From positions 113,274,001 through 113,338,000 of the forward strand of contig OX597819.1 of assembly GCA_951406725.2 (NCBI GenBank): 64,000 bases of DNA. Reading direction: 5' to 3'. The stretch is from Octopus vulgaris. Taxonomy: Eukaryota. A program made the translations under genes and the position numbers. Below the pieces are notes generated by a model, which saw nothing but the letters and a program-made list of their open reading frames with translations, did no database searches and was not told where the DNA came from. Of this stretch, positions 28,340-42,110 are shown piece after piece (the stretch's first letter is position 1; the number at the start of each line of letters is the position of its first letter).

Positions 28340-28935
28340 GGTTGTTGCCAGTGCCGCCTGACTGGATCCCGTACCGCTGGCTAGTAAAAAAGCACTGTTC
28401 GAGCGTAGTCGTTGCCAGTGCCGCCTGACTGGCCCCCGTGCCGGTGGCACGTAAAAGGCACCATTCGAGTGTGGTCGTTACCAGTGCCACCTGACTGGCT
28501 CCCGTGCCGGTGGTATGTAAAAAGCACCATTCGCGGAGTGGTTGGCGTTTGGAAGGGCATCTAGCTGTAGAAACCTTGAGAGATCTGATTGGAGCCTGGT
28601 GCAGCTTCTGGCTTGCTAGTTCTCAGTCAAACCGTCTAGCCCCCCCCCCCATGCCAGCATGGAAAGCGGACGTTAAACGACGATGATGATGATGACGATC
28701 ATCAAAAGCGTAGTCATTGCCAGTGCCGCCTGAATGGTTCATGTGTCGAAAGCACGTTAAAAGCACCAACTACACCCTCGGAGTGGTTGGTGTTAGGAAG
28801 GGCATCCAGCTGTAGAAACTTTGCCAGATCTGATTGGAGCCTAGTGCAACTTTCTGGCTTGTTAGTGCTCAGTCAAACCATGTCAGCATGGAAAGTAGAC
28901 GTTAAACGACGACGACGATGATGATGATGACGATC
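28340..28935 (+). mobile_element. Family D, two tandem copies. Another at 30395-30740
   Basis: GTGCCGGTGGCACGTAAAA sub-repeats, GAAGGGCATC and a GACGTTAAAC(GAT)n tail. Confidence 0.8.
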
Positions 28936-31247
28936 ATCAAAGCAGCGAGTTGGCAGAATCGTTAGCGCGCCAGACAAAATGTTAAGTGGAATTTAGTTTG
29001 TGCATTCGTCCTAAGATCAGGTTCCTCCCAAGTCGATTTTGCCTTTCATCCTTTCATAAGTACCAGTTGAACACTGAGGTCTATGTAGTTGTCTTACCCA
29101 CTTCCCCGAATTTGCTGGCCTTGTGCCAAAATTTGAAACCATTATTATTCTTGTTGTTATAGATTTTGTTGTCATCATTACATTCAAATCAGAAACTCAT
29201 TACTTTTAATTAATTATACGTTTTCTTAAAGAAAAATTACTTTTGGTGTTCTTTTAAAGGGTTTTTATCTGCCTTTTAAAACGGTCGCGCAATGATTGTT
29301 AGGGACTTGAGAATACAGCCGGGTCACTAGCAAACTAGCTTACTATAAGTACGACATCAGTTTTTTTTCTCTTTCATAAATATGACAATAATGCGTTAAG
29401 AATTTACAAAAAAAGTCGTGACTGACTTATAATGGCGTACAGAAACGAGCTGAAAGGCTAAAACATTTTACTGACATAACTATTAAATAGAATATATTAT
29501 GGTATGTAAGAAATGTTTCTTTTATCTCATTTGTAATTGATACAACGGGAACGATAAAGCATTGTAAGAATATCTATAAACATTGAGCCAAATATGCAGC
29601 CACTGTGTAGTATTTGGCTTGCTAGAAATATCACTCAAATTTCCCTCATTACACCTTATTGACTTATATATGGACGAACATGTGACATAATGTAGTTCCA
29701 GATACACTGCGCTTGGAAAATAAGATGGGATGGCTGTGGTTGGAATATCTTTGATTGCAGTTCTGCTCAAACAGGTCTGGTATTGAGCTAAGCAACGACA
29801 GCTTATATCTGAAATGAGTACGTATGCAGGAAAATTTTTTTAAATACGTTAATCTCCTTGGAGTATTCTCGTAAATTATTTTTTGCTAACCCAGGATATT
29901 TGCATGCTTTCCATATTTGTATGGCTGGATAGTTAATAAATTCACCACGCAAACATGAGGCCTTCAGTTCGAACCGCTATGCCGTGTCTTGAGCAAATGG
30001 CTTTTAATGAAGTTTCGTTTAGATGGAAACCTCGGGGGAATTCGTCTGATAGACTCCACTTGTAACTCAAAGGGTCAGCTTTGTCACACATTGAGTAACG
30101 CTGATTGTGACTGAGAATTTCGTGAAAGTTACAAGTATCTTTAAAATACTAACCAACCAAACATAATACAAGAGACAAACTGCGTGAATGTCCGATAGAC
30201 TGCTTCTCTAATCAAAAGGATCTATCTTGTGGTACTTATATGTGTAGATATATGTGTATATATATGTACATATTTATGTATTTGTGTATATACATATGTC
30301 TATATATGTGTATATAGATATGTATATGTGTATAAATATATATATGTGTGTGTGTGTGTGTCTCTCTCTCTCTCTCTATATATATATATACCGCCAACCC
30401 CTGACTGGCTCCCGTGCCGGTGGCACATAAAAAGCACTATCCGAACGTGATCGATGCCAGAACCGCCTGACTGGTAACCCATGCCGGTGATACATAAAAA
30501 CCACCATCTGAACGTGGCCGATGCCAGTACCCTCTGACTAGCCCCTGTGTCGGTGGAACGTAAAAAGCATCCACTACACTCTCGGAGTGGTTGATGTTAG
30601 GAAGAGCATCCAGCTGTGGAAACATTGCCAAATCAGGTTGGAGCCTGGTGCAGCCGCTGGCTCTCCAGACCTCAGTCAAACCATCCAACCCATGCCAGCA
30701 TGGAAAACGGACGTTAAATGATGATGATGATGATGATGATATATTCACATTTAAATACTTAGTCATTTACGTGTTAATATAATGACTGGATAATTCCGTA
30801 AATAGAACAACTGAAATACTCAACGTCTCCAACTGACGGAGATCCGTTTGCATTAGTTTTGAGAGTAACTTAGATATTTCTAAATTCGGCTGAAGGTCAT
30901 CAGTGTGCAGTTGCCAAGTATATCTCTGGTATTTATTGTATTGACCACGGAGGTATGAAAGACAAAGTTGACCTTTACAGCATTTGAACTTGGGATGTAA
31001 ATAATCGTGACTAAATACCACAAGGCGTTTACCTAACACTCTACCGACTCTGCCATCCATCACCATGTTGATAAAAAGAAAGTTTGTCTAGACTTGATAT
31101 TTATACATATATACACGTATGTAATACAGGTTACACCCTTCCGCTCTCTCCCAAAAAAAGATATGCATGTATACGGGTGTGAGTATGTATGTGTACATAT
31201 ATACATGATTCATACACACACACACGTGGGGGGGGTATAGATATATG

Positions 31248-31455
31248 TGAGGGGTACGGCAAAGTTCTATCTTTGGGTAAACGAAAATACAGGAGGATCA
31301 GTTAGTTATGATTATATTCAACATCAGATTAACACACTTATTGCAGCAGTCCTTCGGTTTTTCTAAGTATTGTAAAAAGAACTTGGAAGCTCGGGCCTTC
31401 AACCAGACCTCTCGCGATACCCTTAAAACCAGAAACTTCTCAGCATCCCGTCGTA
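31248..31455. mobile_element. Mariner-type MITE, second family
   Basis: Aligns along its length with 62058-62280. Right end GAAACTTCTCAGCATCCCGTCGTA. Confidence 0.6.
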
Positions 31456-31844
31456 TGTATTACACTCCCATACACGCACATATATTCCAGGGATTGACAG
31501 ACTCGACAGCGTACCTTGGACGAAATTCCTAACTGTATTTATTCCTGCCACTTCCGTTCTCATTTCAAACGCCACCAGGGTCGGTTTTGCCGTTTCCTCC
31601 ATTTGGGGTCAATAAACTAAGATAAAACAAAACAAAATTCAATGCCAGTCTAAGATGGCGGACTAATGGAATCGTTTGAGCAGCGGACGGTTTCGCGCCA
31701 TTTGTTTAGACTCTGATTCAAATCTTACCATAACCTACTCGTTGGCAGACTTAGTGCGTTACCCAGTCTAATATCACCATCTGGACCTTTGGGGCTTTTA
31801 GTGGAGTCTGATTTGTTGCAAACATTGATGCCTGGTCTTGGATT

Positions 31845-32673
31845 TAGAGCGCGACTATGTGGTAAGAAGTTTGCTTTCCAATCACATGGTTCCGAGATTG
31901 GTCCCACTGCGTGGCACCTTGGGCAAGTGTCTTCGATTATAGACCCGGGCCGACTAATGCTTTGTTTGCGGATTCAGTGGACGGAAACTGAAAGAAACAC
32001 GCCGCGCGCGCGCATGCGTTTATTTTTGTGTTTGTTCCTCACCGCCACATGACAACCGATGTTGTCTTGTGTTTTTCCCCCGTAACTTAGCAGTTAGGAA
32101 ATAAAAGACCGATAGAATAAGTACGAGACTTAAACAAATGAGTACTGGGGTCGATTTGTTCGTCTAAACTCTCTAAGGCGGTGCCCCAGCATGGCCGCAA
32201 TCTAATGACTGATGGCCTTGAACAGTCATAGTCATGATCACTGTTTTCCTCCTCACTAAGCGATATGTATATAGGAGTGGCTGTGTGGTAAGTAGCTTGC
32301 TTACCAACCACATGGTTCTGGGTTCAGTCCCACTGCGTGGCACCTTGGGCAAGTGTCTTCTACTATAGTCTCAGACCGACCAAAGCCATGTGAGTGGATT
32401 TGGTAGACGGAAACTGGAAGAAGCCCGTCGTATATATGTATATGTGTGTGTATGTGTGTGTATATATTTGTGTGTCTGTGTTTGTCCCCACCCCCAACAT
32501 CGCTTGACAACCGATGCTGGTGTGTTTACGCCCCCGTAACTTAGCGGTTCGGCAAAAGAGACCGATAGAATAAGTACTAGGCTCACAAAGAATAAGTCCT
32601 GGGGTCGATTTCCTCGACTAAAGGCGGTGCTCGGGCATGGCCACAGTCAAATATACTGAAACAAGTAAAAGAG
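31845..32673 (+). mobile_element. Two SINE family B copies (older 31845-32210, younger 32272-32673)
   Basis: Colinear with 7690-8088. Confidence 0.85.
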
Positions 32674-32687
32674 TATATATATATATA

Positions 32688-32735
<48 letters not shown>

Positions 32736-32843
32736 TATATATACATTCTCAACCAAAGCTGCCCGACGAACGGGAACGTGAAACTCTAAGTAAAAGTTTT
32801 GCGATGGTTTTGCAATTTTATTAAGAAAGTATATATATCCCCT

Positions 32844-32883
<40 letters not shown>

Positions 32884-33659
32884 CATATATCAAAAGTGCG
32901 CGCGCATGTGTATGTATGTGTGTCTATGTGTATTTATGTACATATATGTGTATGCATGTCTGCATTTAGAGAGATTAATCTTGGTCGACAAACCACCAAC
33001 ACATTCCACCACAATAATCAGCTTTGTAGGTGGCCTTTCCAAAACTTTTGTGCACACAGACATACATACACACGCATACTTACACACATACACTTACGCA
33101 CAAAAATGCAAATATACAAAGTAAATCTATATTTACATCTCGTATTTATCTCCATATTAACGTCATTAAGCATCTAATTTACATACACCCGCCCGAATGA
33201 GATTAATTTTAGCCCAGAGAAACTTTAGCCTCGTTTTCAGTATTTCATTCCACGACACCACCTAGCACGCACAAATACACACAAATGCAAATGCGCGCGC
33301 ACGTTCCTTATATGCAACTGGCGAAAACAAATGAATAAGTAAAGCTAAACTCGACTTTGACAGCTTCAATGTTTTCCATTCTTTTGCAAAGATAATTACA
33401 TGCATTTATGGAAATATTTGTAAGCTAAATAAATGAATACTCACACAGTATGACTAGCTTCCCTTCGTGAGAACTCTTCTGCGTAAGAAGAGACTATTAT
33501 CTGTCTTTTTGCTGGTGTTGTTAGACAAGCAATGGATCAGCCTTGGTCGAATTTTCAAAGATGTTCCCGCTGTGACTAAACATTTTGTTCCCACGATTTT
33601 TGGCTTTTTTTTTTTTTTTTTTTTTCTAACATGGTGTAGCACTACTCGGACCAATCTTT

Positions 33660-34050
33660 AACTTTTATCTGTTTTCAGTCTTTGGATTGCGGTCATGCTG
33701 GGGCAACATCTTGAAGGGTTTTAGTCGAACAAATTGACCCCAACACTTATTAAGTCTGGTACTTATCCTGTTAGGCATTTTTGTCGAACCGCTAAGTCAC
33801 AGGAACATAAACAAGCAAACACCGTTTGTTAAGCCGTGGTCGGGCAACAAATATACATACACACACACGCAGAAGTACACACTTACAACGGGCTTCCACA
33901 TAGTTACCATCAACCAAATTCACTCATAGGGCATTCGTCGACCTGGGGCTATAATAGAAGAAACTTACCCAATGAGTCGTGCAGCAGAATGAACTCGAAA
34001 CCACGTGATTGCAAAGCACACTTCTTTACCACATAGCCATGCCCTCATCT
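33660..34050 (-). mobile_element. SINE family B, diverged
   Basis: Reverse complement of the family B consensus. Confidence 0.75.
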
Positions 34051-34210
34051 ATATAACCTTCTTAACCACATAGACATGCCCTCATCTATATACCCTTCTT
34101 AACCATATAGCCATGCCCTCATCTATATAAACTTCTTAACCATATAGCCATGCCCTCATCTATATAAACTTCTTAACCACATTGCCATGCCTGCATCTGT
34201 ATAACCTTCC
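34029..34210. repeat. 37-bp minisatellite, 5 copies
   Basis: CCACATAGCCATGCCCTCATCTATATAACCTTCTTAA units at 34029, 34066, 34103, 34140 and 34177. Confidence 0.9.
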
Positions 34211-35707
34211 ATGATTTAAAAGGTAGCATAATATAATTTATGAGTGATTTGGTCTTACGACCACGTATTAATGTCTTGTTGGCTGTTACATGTTAGCCAT
34301 TACAAACTAGGGAAGTTTGGATGAACGACGAGATGCAATACACACACACACACACACTCACTTGCAAGTCGAGTACTATTGTAGAAGTTTGCTTGTAGTG
34401 TCTTCTTTTCATAAGACGGTAGGTACTATTTTAAGAAGAATTTGGTTACTCTTTCTAGGAAATCTAGCGACTCTTTTCGTTGGCTCGTAATGTGCTTTGG
34501 TTATCTGTGTGTGTGTGTGCGTGTGCGTGCGTGTTGGCTCATAACAGGCTCGTGGCAAAGCAACAATCCCCAGCTTGGCACATATTTGTCTCCCATCTGT
34601 TCAGCGTTATAAAACCAAAATCTGAAGGTAATTACAACTGATCTTACAGGGCGTCTGAGGTAAAGAAAGAAGCAACGCTGTCTTGGGGGCTGGGAGATGT
34701 CAGGAGCAGGAATCATTAGATTTCCAACACCAGGAATATATTTCAAATATTTTACAGCATAAAAATCAGGCGGTGGTTATGATGATGATGGTGGCGGTGC
34801 CGGTAGTAGTGGTGGTGGTGGTGGTAGTAGTGAGGGCATGGTAATGGAAGATAAAAAGAATATGAGAATCCTGGCATGTTATTAAATTTACTACCTGTAC
34901 ATGTGGATTGCTGTTTGATCATAAACGAAATGAGAGAATGATGAGATAAACAAACGGGTATGGCTGTGGCTAAGACGTTCGTTTCGTAACTATGTCGTTT
35001 TCAGTTCGATCCCAGCGCTCGGCACTTTGGCCAAGGGTCTGCCTCGAGTTGACTAAAGAATTGTGTGAAATTTTGTAGAGAAAAACTGTATGGAAGCCTG
35101 CGGAAGGAATCGTTCCTGGTTTTGGATGTTAGTCTTAATTCACCGCTCATTTTAACACCATCACCTTGACGGCCCTTTGTTGTCTTTAGCAGGTTTCATT
35201 CTGCTGCAAGCATATAAGGGCCAGGCATCGGTCTGAGGATAATTTCCTCTCCTTACCTGTCGTAGGAGGCTTGAAAGGGTCATGTATACTGTTCGTTGTT
35301 CCCTAAGTCAGTAGTAATAAAAAAAAAACAGAATCTAAAGAGAGTCTCGTGTTTGGAAGGGTATATGAAGGGTTGAGGGTTTATTCAGCGAAAATATAAT
35401 AATTTAATAAAGGAAGGACTGCGTTTTTTTTGCTGTAGTGAGAAGAAATATGAACCGATTTTGGCTGGGTTATGTCTCGGGTTCAGTTGGTAGAATTGGT
35501 TTACCAATTGCAGAAGAGTTTCGATGCATGTAGAAATGATCAAAAGTATTCCAGCTTTGTCCATCCCGTGTGTTTCTTTATGCAAAATGTATCCATGACT
35601 ACATTATATAGCATGTCTGTCATTTTCTTTAAGACGGTAGGGCACGATCTTAGAGAAATCTGGTTGCTGGTTCCACTAGGTGAAGCGCCCTCGTAGAGAA
35701 TAAGAAA

Positions 35708-35757
<50 letters not shown>

Positions 35758-36384
35758 ACAGTAGTAGTAGTAGTAGTAAAAGAATTAATCGAATTGCAAG
35801 AAATAAATATCTTACACCACGGTATCAAAATCTAAAACAACATTGCCACATTAATTGACTGTAGATATTCTGAGCATTCTGGTAACGTTTAATATTAAGT
35901 TTGTTTTGTTTTGTTTTTTTGTTTTTTTGTGTATGTCTGTGTGTGTGGAGGAAGAGGAACACTATGTGCAATTGAAGGGTATAGAGATTTGACTTACTTT
36001 TTTTGCCAAATGTTACGGAAACAAGATTTAGCAATAACTGTATTCATCTGTGCCATTTCATAAATGTTACACTTTCATGTTTGCTATTCGTTAAAGGATT
36101 GTCAAATGCCTTCATACAAAATTTCCGAAACTTCGTAAACGGGCTTTAATTTTTTCGAACTTTTTAAATAACATTTAATTTTTTTTTTTCCACGTTGAAT
36201 TCGGTGAGCTGGCAGAATCATAAGCACGCCGAGCAAAATGCTTAGAAGCATTTCGTCCGTTCTTTGTGTTATGATTTCTAAGGTCTCTCAAATCGGGTGT
36301 CTACTGCACACACTTTCCAATACTCATAAGCCTTCCACCTTCTTCTGTATTGTATTGCGACCACAAACCGGTTACTCTTTTACT

Positions 36385-36760
36385 GTTTAACTCTTACTTG
36401 TTTCAGTCATTTGACTGCGGCCATGCTGGAGCACCGCCTTTAGTGGAGCAAATCGACCCCAGGACTTATTCTTTGTAAGCCTGGTACTTATTCTATCGGT
36501 GTCTTTTGCCGAACCGCTAAGTTACGGGACGTAAACACACTACCATCGGTTGTCAAGTGATGTTGGGGGTGACAAACACAGACACACAAACATATATACG
36601 ACGGGCTTCTTTCAGTTTCCGTCTACCAAATCAACTCACAAGGCTTTGGTCGGTCCGAGACTATAGTAGAAGACACTTGCCCAAGGTGCCACGAAGTGGG
36701 AATGAACTCGGAACCATGTGGTTTGTAAGCAAGCTACTTGCCACACACCCACTCCTTGCG
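36385..36760 (-). mobile_element. SINE family B, full length
   Basis: Reverse complement of 7690-8088. Confidence 0.85.
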
Positions 36761-37482
36761 CAGTAAGCTCACAGATTGTGGCTCATCTGTCCGCTCGAGC
36801 CAATTCGTCCACTTTCTGGTAACTTGTCTCTGTAATCGTAGTTGAGCGGGTTGTGACAAAGTCTTACAAACCAATGAGAGAGCCTCTCTGTGGTCAGTTA
36901 ACCAACTAAAATCAGTAGCTAACTCTCGCTCAAATTATATTCCAGCTTATCTTTGGAAAGTAAGGATATGTTGAATAATGTAGCTAGAGGAAAACTCGCG
37001 GTGATGACAACTGGTATATCTTTCGATCGTAGGTCTAATTGAGCGTAGCTAATCAGGGGGTAAAACAACCACCATAAAACATATATCTCTTTTAGCAAAC
37101 CCGTCATTCCTCAGCAATAATATCCAGTAACTTCAGATACCATTACCCTTAATCCCTGGGTAAACACGAATACTAACGAACATCTATGGGATCGCTTCAC
37201 CTGCTAGAGACAGCAAGCAAATCTCCCTCAAATCATACCTAGAGTCTTGGACAAAAATAGGATATATTGGTAATGCCAATAAGGTTTGACTTGAGCCTAA
37301 ATAACAACAGCATATGAGGTTACTTGACATGCTGGAAGTAGTAATTAAGTCGCCTTTAAGTGACACCCTGCCCCCAAAACACACGGGATGGTCCAAGCTA
37401 GAACGTCGTTGCCTGAGGGGGTAAACAATATCAAAAATGTAAACTAAGTTTCAGATATTTATCTTTTTTCTTTTTGTTTCAG

Positions 37483-37762
37483 TTACTGCGCCACCTATTT
37501 GATCACGAGTTCTCGAGAAGGATGTAACTCCAGCGAATGGGCCAGCATTTTGAAGAAGAAAGAAAAGGTCTGTGTGGAGTGTCAACCACTGGCCATGAGC
37601 ACCGAATTGGGCCTGCGCTGCAAAGGTCACGGAGTGACCAATGAAATCACCAACTGGCACGCTATGGATGTTCCTCACTGCCATGGCGAATGGGTGATGA
37701 CAACCAAACATGATGACTGCACATGTCACCTGGAAAACGAGAAAGGTTTCATCTTTGTATAA
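37483..37762 (+). CDS. SBSPON: SBSPON-like gene, terminal coding exon (Cys-rich C-terminal domain)
   Basis: Acceptor tttttgtttcag|, phase 2. Reads YCATYLITSSREGCNSSEWASILKKKEKVCVECQPLAMSTELGLRCKGHGVTNEITNWHAMDVPHCHGEWVMTTKHDDCTCHLENEKGFIFV*. This matches the remembered SBSPON C-terminal pattern YC..VCVxCQPxAM..LRCxGxG..W.A...PxCxGxW..CxC..FIF. Confidence 0.9.
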
Positions 37763-38838
37763 TGAAAGGATGTCTTCCATCTCCGTAACTAGAGATTGAA
37801 ACATACACACGCCCACAAACAAATAAACAAAACAACAGCAAATTGAAAAGAAGAAAAAAAAAAACAAAAATAAAAATAATACAAATGACGATGAGATAAC
37901 GATGACGACGATGATGATGATTGAAAATGACGATGGTGAGGAAAACAAATGATATATAAAATAAATCAAAGAAAAACATAAAACATCAATCGACAAAAAC
38001 TCTAAAAGAAACACATACATATAGACAGAACTGATATATATATATATATATATGCACACATATAGCTTGCGCAATATGCATACAAAATGTTTCTGTTATA
38101 TATATGCCTCATATATATCTATCTATATGCTTGTTTGTGTATGTATATGTGTGTAGATATGTAAATATGTGTGTGTGTATATATATATATACATATATAT
38201 ATATGTGTGTGTATATATATATACATATATATATGTGTGTATATATATATACATATATATATGTATGTATATATATACATATATATATGTATGTATATAT
38301 ATACATATATATATGTATGTATGTATATATATATACATATATTTACAAGTAAAAGTTTCACAGTTGCTTGCTTCTAAGTAAATAATGTCAAACTTTTCCT
38401 AGTAAGAAAGTTTTGAAAATGGCACTCAATTGAAAGGTATTGAGTGACCCTTCAATTTAATGTTGACAGTATATATATATACATACATATATATATACAT
38501 ACATACATACATATATATATATAATCAATTGTTCTGTTTTCGTAGCAGCACAAATCATTATTAATATTATTATTATTATTATTTCATACTTAATTCATTA
38601 TTATAGCTTGAATATGAATATTTTTTACCTCCACACTCTCCTGTCTCTCTTTCTCACCCTCTCTTCTTTCTGGAAGTGACTTTACAACTTTGTAATAATA
38701 TGAACCTTCTTTGGGAAGGAAGCAGAAATATATATATATGAATGGTAAAAAGGAAGAAAGAATGATGACGTTTCACCAACCTTTTTGCGAAAAGCCAAAC
38801 TGTAATTTGTTTTTTTTTTTCTTTTGAAATTAATATAA

Positions 38839-38844
38839 AAATAA
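38839..38844 (+). terminator. Candidate polyadenylation signal of the SBSPON-like gene
   Basis: AATAAA followed by a GT/T-rich tract about 1.1 kb after the stop codon. Other AATAAA hexamers exist (e.g. near 37822 and 38877), so the choice is uncertain. Confidence 0.3.
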
Positions 38845-39379
38845 AAAGGTTTTTTTTAATTTTATTCCTTGAATTTAATAAATGAAATTTAAAGAAAATG
38901 TATTATAAACCATAAGTAACGTTAAGTAGACACGTACTTATTTTAGATCGATATCGATTGGATTCCGATGGAATTTTGTTTCTCTTTTGTTGCAAGAAAT
39001 TGTAGAACATCATAAAAGGTCAATTGCAGTGATTAGAGAAATGTCTGGTAAAACATCAGATTGTTCAAAAGCTCGTGACCAAAATCTGTCTGGATGGAAT
39101 GTGCGCGTGGGCCTAACGCATATACGATGGACTCTCCCGTCGAAGACGACGTTTGAGAGTCCAGCTTTTGCTTAACAACCTGCACAAATGATTTGCTTAA
39201 TAGTGATCAAATGTTTTGCCTGAATAGATGCACAATGTACCACATGTCACATACGCAGAGCAACGTGAGATGAAGTGTTTTGCTCAAGAATACAACGTAC
39301 CACCCATTCTAGGAATTAAAACCACGATCTACACCCTAACTCCTAGGCCATGCGTCCTCACTCTCTCTATATATGTATG

Positions 39380-39424
<45 letters not shown>

Positions 39425-39449
39425 CTCCTTTACTCATTTACTTCTTTCG

Positions 39450-39654
39450 GTCATTTGACTGTGGCCATGCTGGAGCACCGCCTTTAGTCGAAAATATCGA
39501 CCCCAGGATTTATTCTTTGTAAGCCTAGTACTTACCTTATCGGTCTTTTTGCCGAACCGCTAAGTTACGGGGACGTAAACACACCAGCATCGGTTGTCAA
39601 GCGATTTTGGGGGAGTGGGGACAGACACACATACATACATACACACACACACAA

Positions 39655-39693
<39 letters not shown>

Positions 39694-39972
39694 CAAATTG
39701 AGATAGGGGTTGTAAATGCAACCCTCTATGGGATAACGTATATCCAATATACTGCTAGTGAAGTACCCAACAAAGTTAATACATAAATGTTAATGATTGC
39801 GATGCAATCAATTCATTTACTGTATTATATGGGCAAAGGTAAAATGATTTACCACATATATATATACACACATATATACGACGGGCTTCTTTCAGTTTCC
39901 GTCCCAAATCCACTCACAAGGCTTTGGTTGACCCGAGGCTATAGTAGAAGACACTTGCCCAAGATGCCACGC

Positions 39973-39973
<1 letters not shown>
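39450..39973 (-). mobile_element. SINE family B with an insertion in its internal microsatellite, 5' truncated at a TA run
   Basis: Family B tail at 39450-39630 and head part at 39875-39973. Confidence 0.8.
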
Positions 39974-40032
<59 letters not shown>

Positions 40033-41239
40033 TAGAAAAAAAGCCACATTTTATCAATTCAACAATGAAAAAATTTAATTATACCATATAGAAAAAATTA
40101 CATCCTATAGAAAAAATTAAATATAAGATAAAATCATATACCAATGATTAAGTAATGTACAAAATAATAAATAAAACGTATATATTTGGTATATTTATTT
40201 ATTTTGTACATTACTTAATCATTGGTATATGTTTTTATCTTATATTTAATTTTTTTCTATAGGATGTCATTTTTTCTATATGGTATAATTAAATTTAAAC
40301 TTTCTAACGATGTCGCACCGCTCGCTATTCGAGCAAGCCAACATTCCACCCTGATCAGGAGGCTATTCCGTCACGGTTACCCATTTACAGCTAAGTGAAC
40401 TGGAACGATATGAAATGATGTTTTATTCAAGAAAACAACGCACCACCCTGTCCGGGAATCGAACGCATGATCTAGTGATCGCGATACACTAATCACTAGG
40501 CCATGCAACTTAACGCAAGTCTGTATGTATGTTATTTATACAAGTTTTTCATGGCAACCATGAGAAGCGAGATAAAACATGAGGGGACTGACTGCCTGAT
40601 ACATATAGTTTAAATATACATGTTTTCTGCTAACGAAAAAGAATAGCAATCAGATATTCGCGTTCGCATTATCGTAAGTTAACTACTTTACTAGTATAAC
40701 TCAGTGCTCCACATCGGGTATGCCTCAGCACATTGGTATGCCACGAAACGGCGCTAGGTGTGCTGCAGTGTAACCTGAATATAATTTTTCCCCTATACTT
40801 TTAATTATATTTCTAGTTCAGATGTGCTGCCGAATTTTGAAAAGAATACAAGTGCACCGCAAGCGAAAAACGTCGAAATATTACAATTATTTCTCAGATA
40901 ATTCATAGTTCACTCAACCACCATTACATAGCTATATTACGTAGCAAAGAATTCAGTCTTCACTTTGATTTTTTTATGTAAGCATTATCGCAATCTCGTG
41001 CAGACAATGATAGATACGAGATCCGAGCTCGGCAGGAAAACCTGGTACTTGATTGTTACACTTTTTATCGATTCTAAAATAATAATGGTTTCTAAAGCAG
41101 AGACGAGGCTTCAAATACATTTACAGTGTATTCAGGCTAAATTCGACATTTTACATAAAAGGAAAAGAAAACACAACATCGCATCTAAAAATTAATGTAT
41201 TCTAAAACTCAAAAAAATATCAACTAGATTATGGCTAGG

Positions 41240-42110
41240 AGATAACTTTACTCAGCTTCCACCATGTCCTTAAGATGGCTCTGGAACCTGGTGCATGCAT
41301 TCCTCACTGTGCCCCTTGCCGGATCTTCGAATGTCCCTTGATTTTGCCCACTTACTCGTGTCTTAGTGTTGCAGGCAGAGCGGTCGATGTCTTTCTCAAC
41401 CGCATCCTACTCATAGTAATCCATAGGATTATAATCGGAAGAATTTGGAGACTAGAAATTGGAACAGGTGAAGTCGTAGAGATTCTCTTGAGGATGGCAA
41501 TGAGTCGAATATGCACCCAAATGCCATCACTGTTTGGAAGAACTTGGCTTTCATAATACGCGGGATATCACATGGTTTGTTGGCAAACCACCGGTTGTGT
41601 GTCCTGGCAAAAGTTCTTTTCGTCTGAGAAGAACCAGATCATTCTTAGCTTAACAGGATGTTTCACTTTGTTCATAAACTTCTTGGCCTTGACTCTCAGA
41701 ATTTTACCCTTGTGCCACTTGTACGAGCGATAACAAAGTCCTCATTTAGAGCTAACTTCATGGTGGCGACTTAATACCCATCTCTCTCGCCAAAGTTCAG
41801 ATTCCCTTGCTCGGATCTTCCATCACCTTGCTGAATGGACCCCGACGTGTGAACTTAGTCAGAAAGCCTGCTGTGTCCCTTCCTGTTGGTCACGGCTTCG
41901 TAGTCTCCGTTGCAACTGTCCATGTCACTTCTTACAGCCTTTACAATGTCCACTGAGCACTGAGCAGAAGTCAGGATATCGGCATTTTGACACCCGGCGC
42001 GAATCATCATGATACAGGTAACTATTTTCTAATATTCAGATGGCTGGCCACCAACCATGTGAGCTACATTTTTCCAACTACGTCTATAATCTTTATGCTC
42101 TCCACTGCCA
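41240..42110 (-). pseudogene. Tc1/mariner superfamily (maT/DD37D-like) transposase fossil
   Basis: Reverse translation gives MIWFFSDEKNFCQD (about 41601-41642) and F*SPNSSDYNPMDYYE*DAVEK (about 41392-41460), equivalent to WPPNSPDxNPxDY. Contains stops and deletions. Confidence 0.75.

Noticed and set aside
37451-38074. 207-aa minus-strand ORF
   Set aside because: Antisense shadow of the real terminal exon plus low-complexity UTR.
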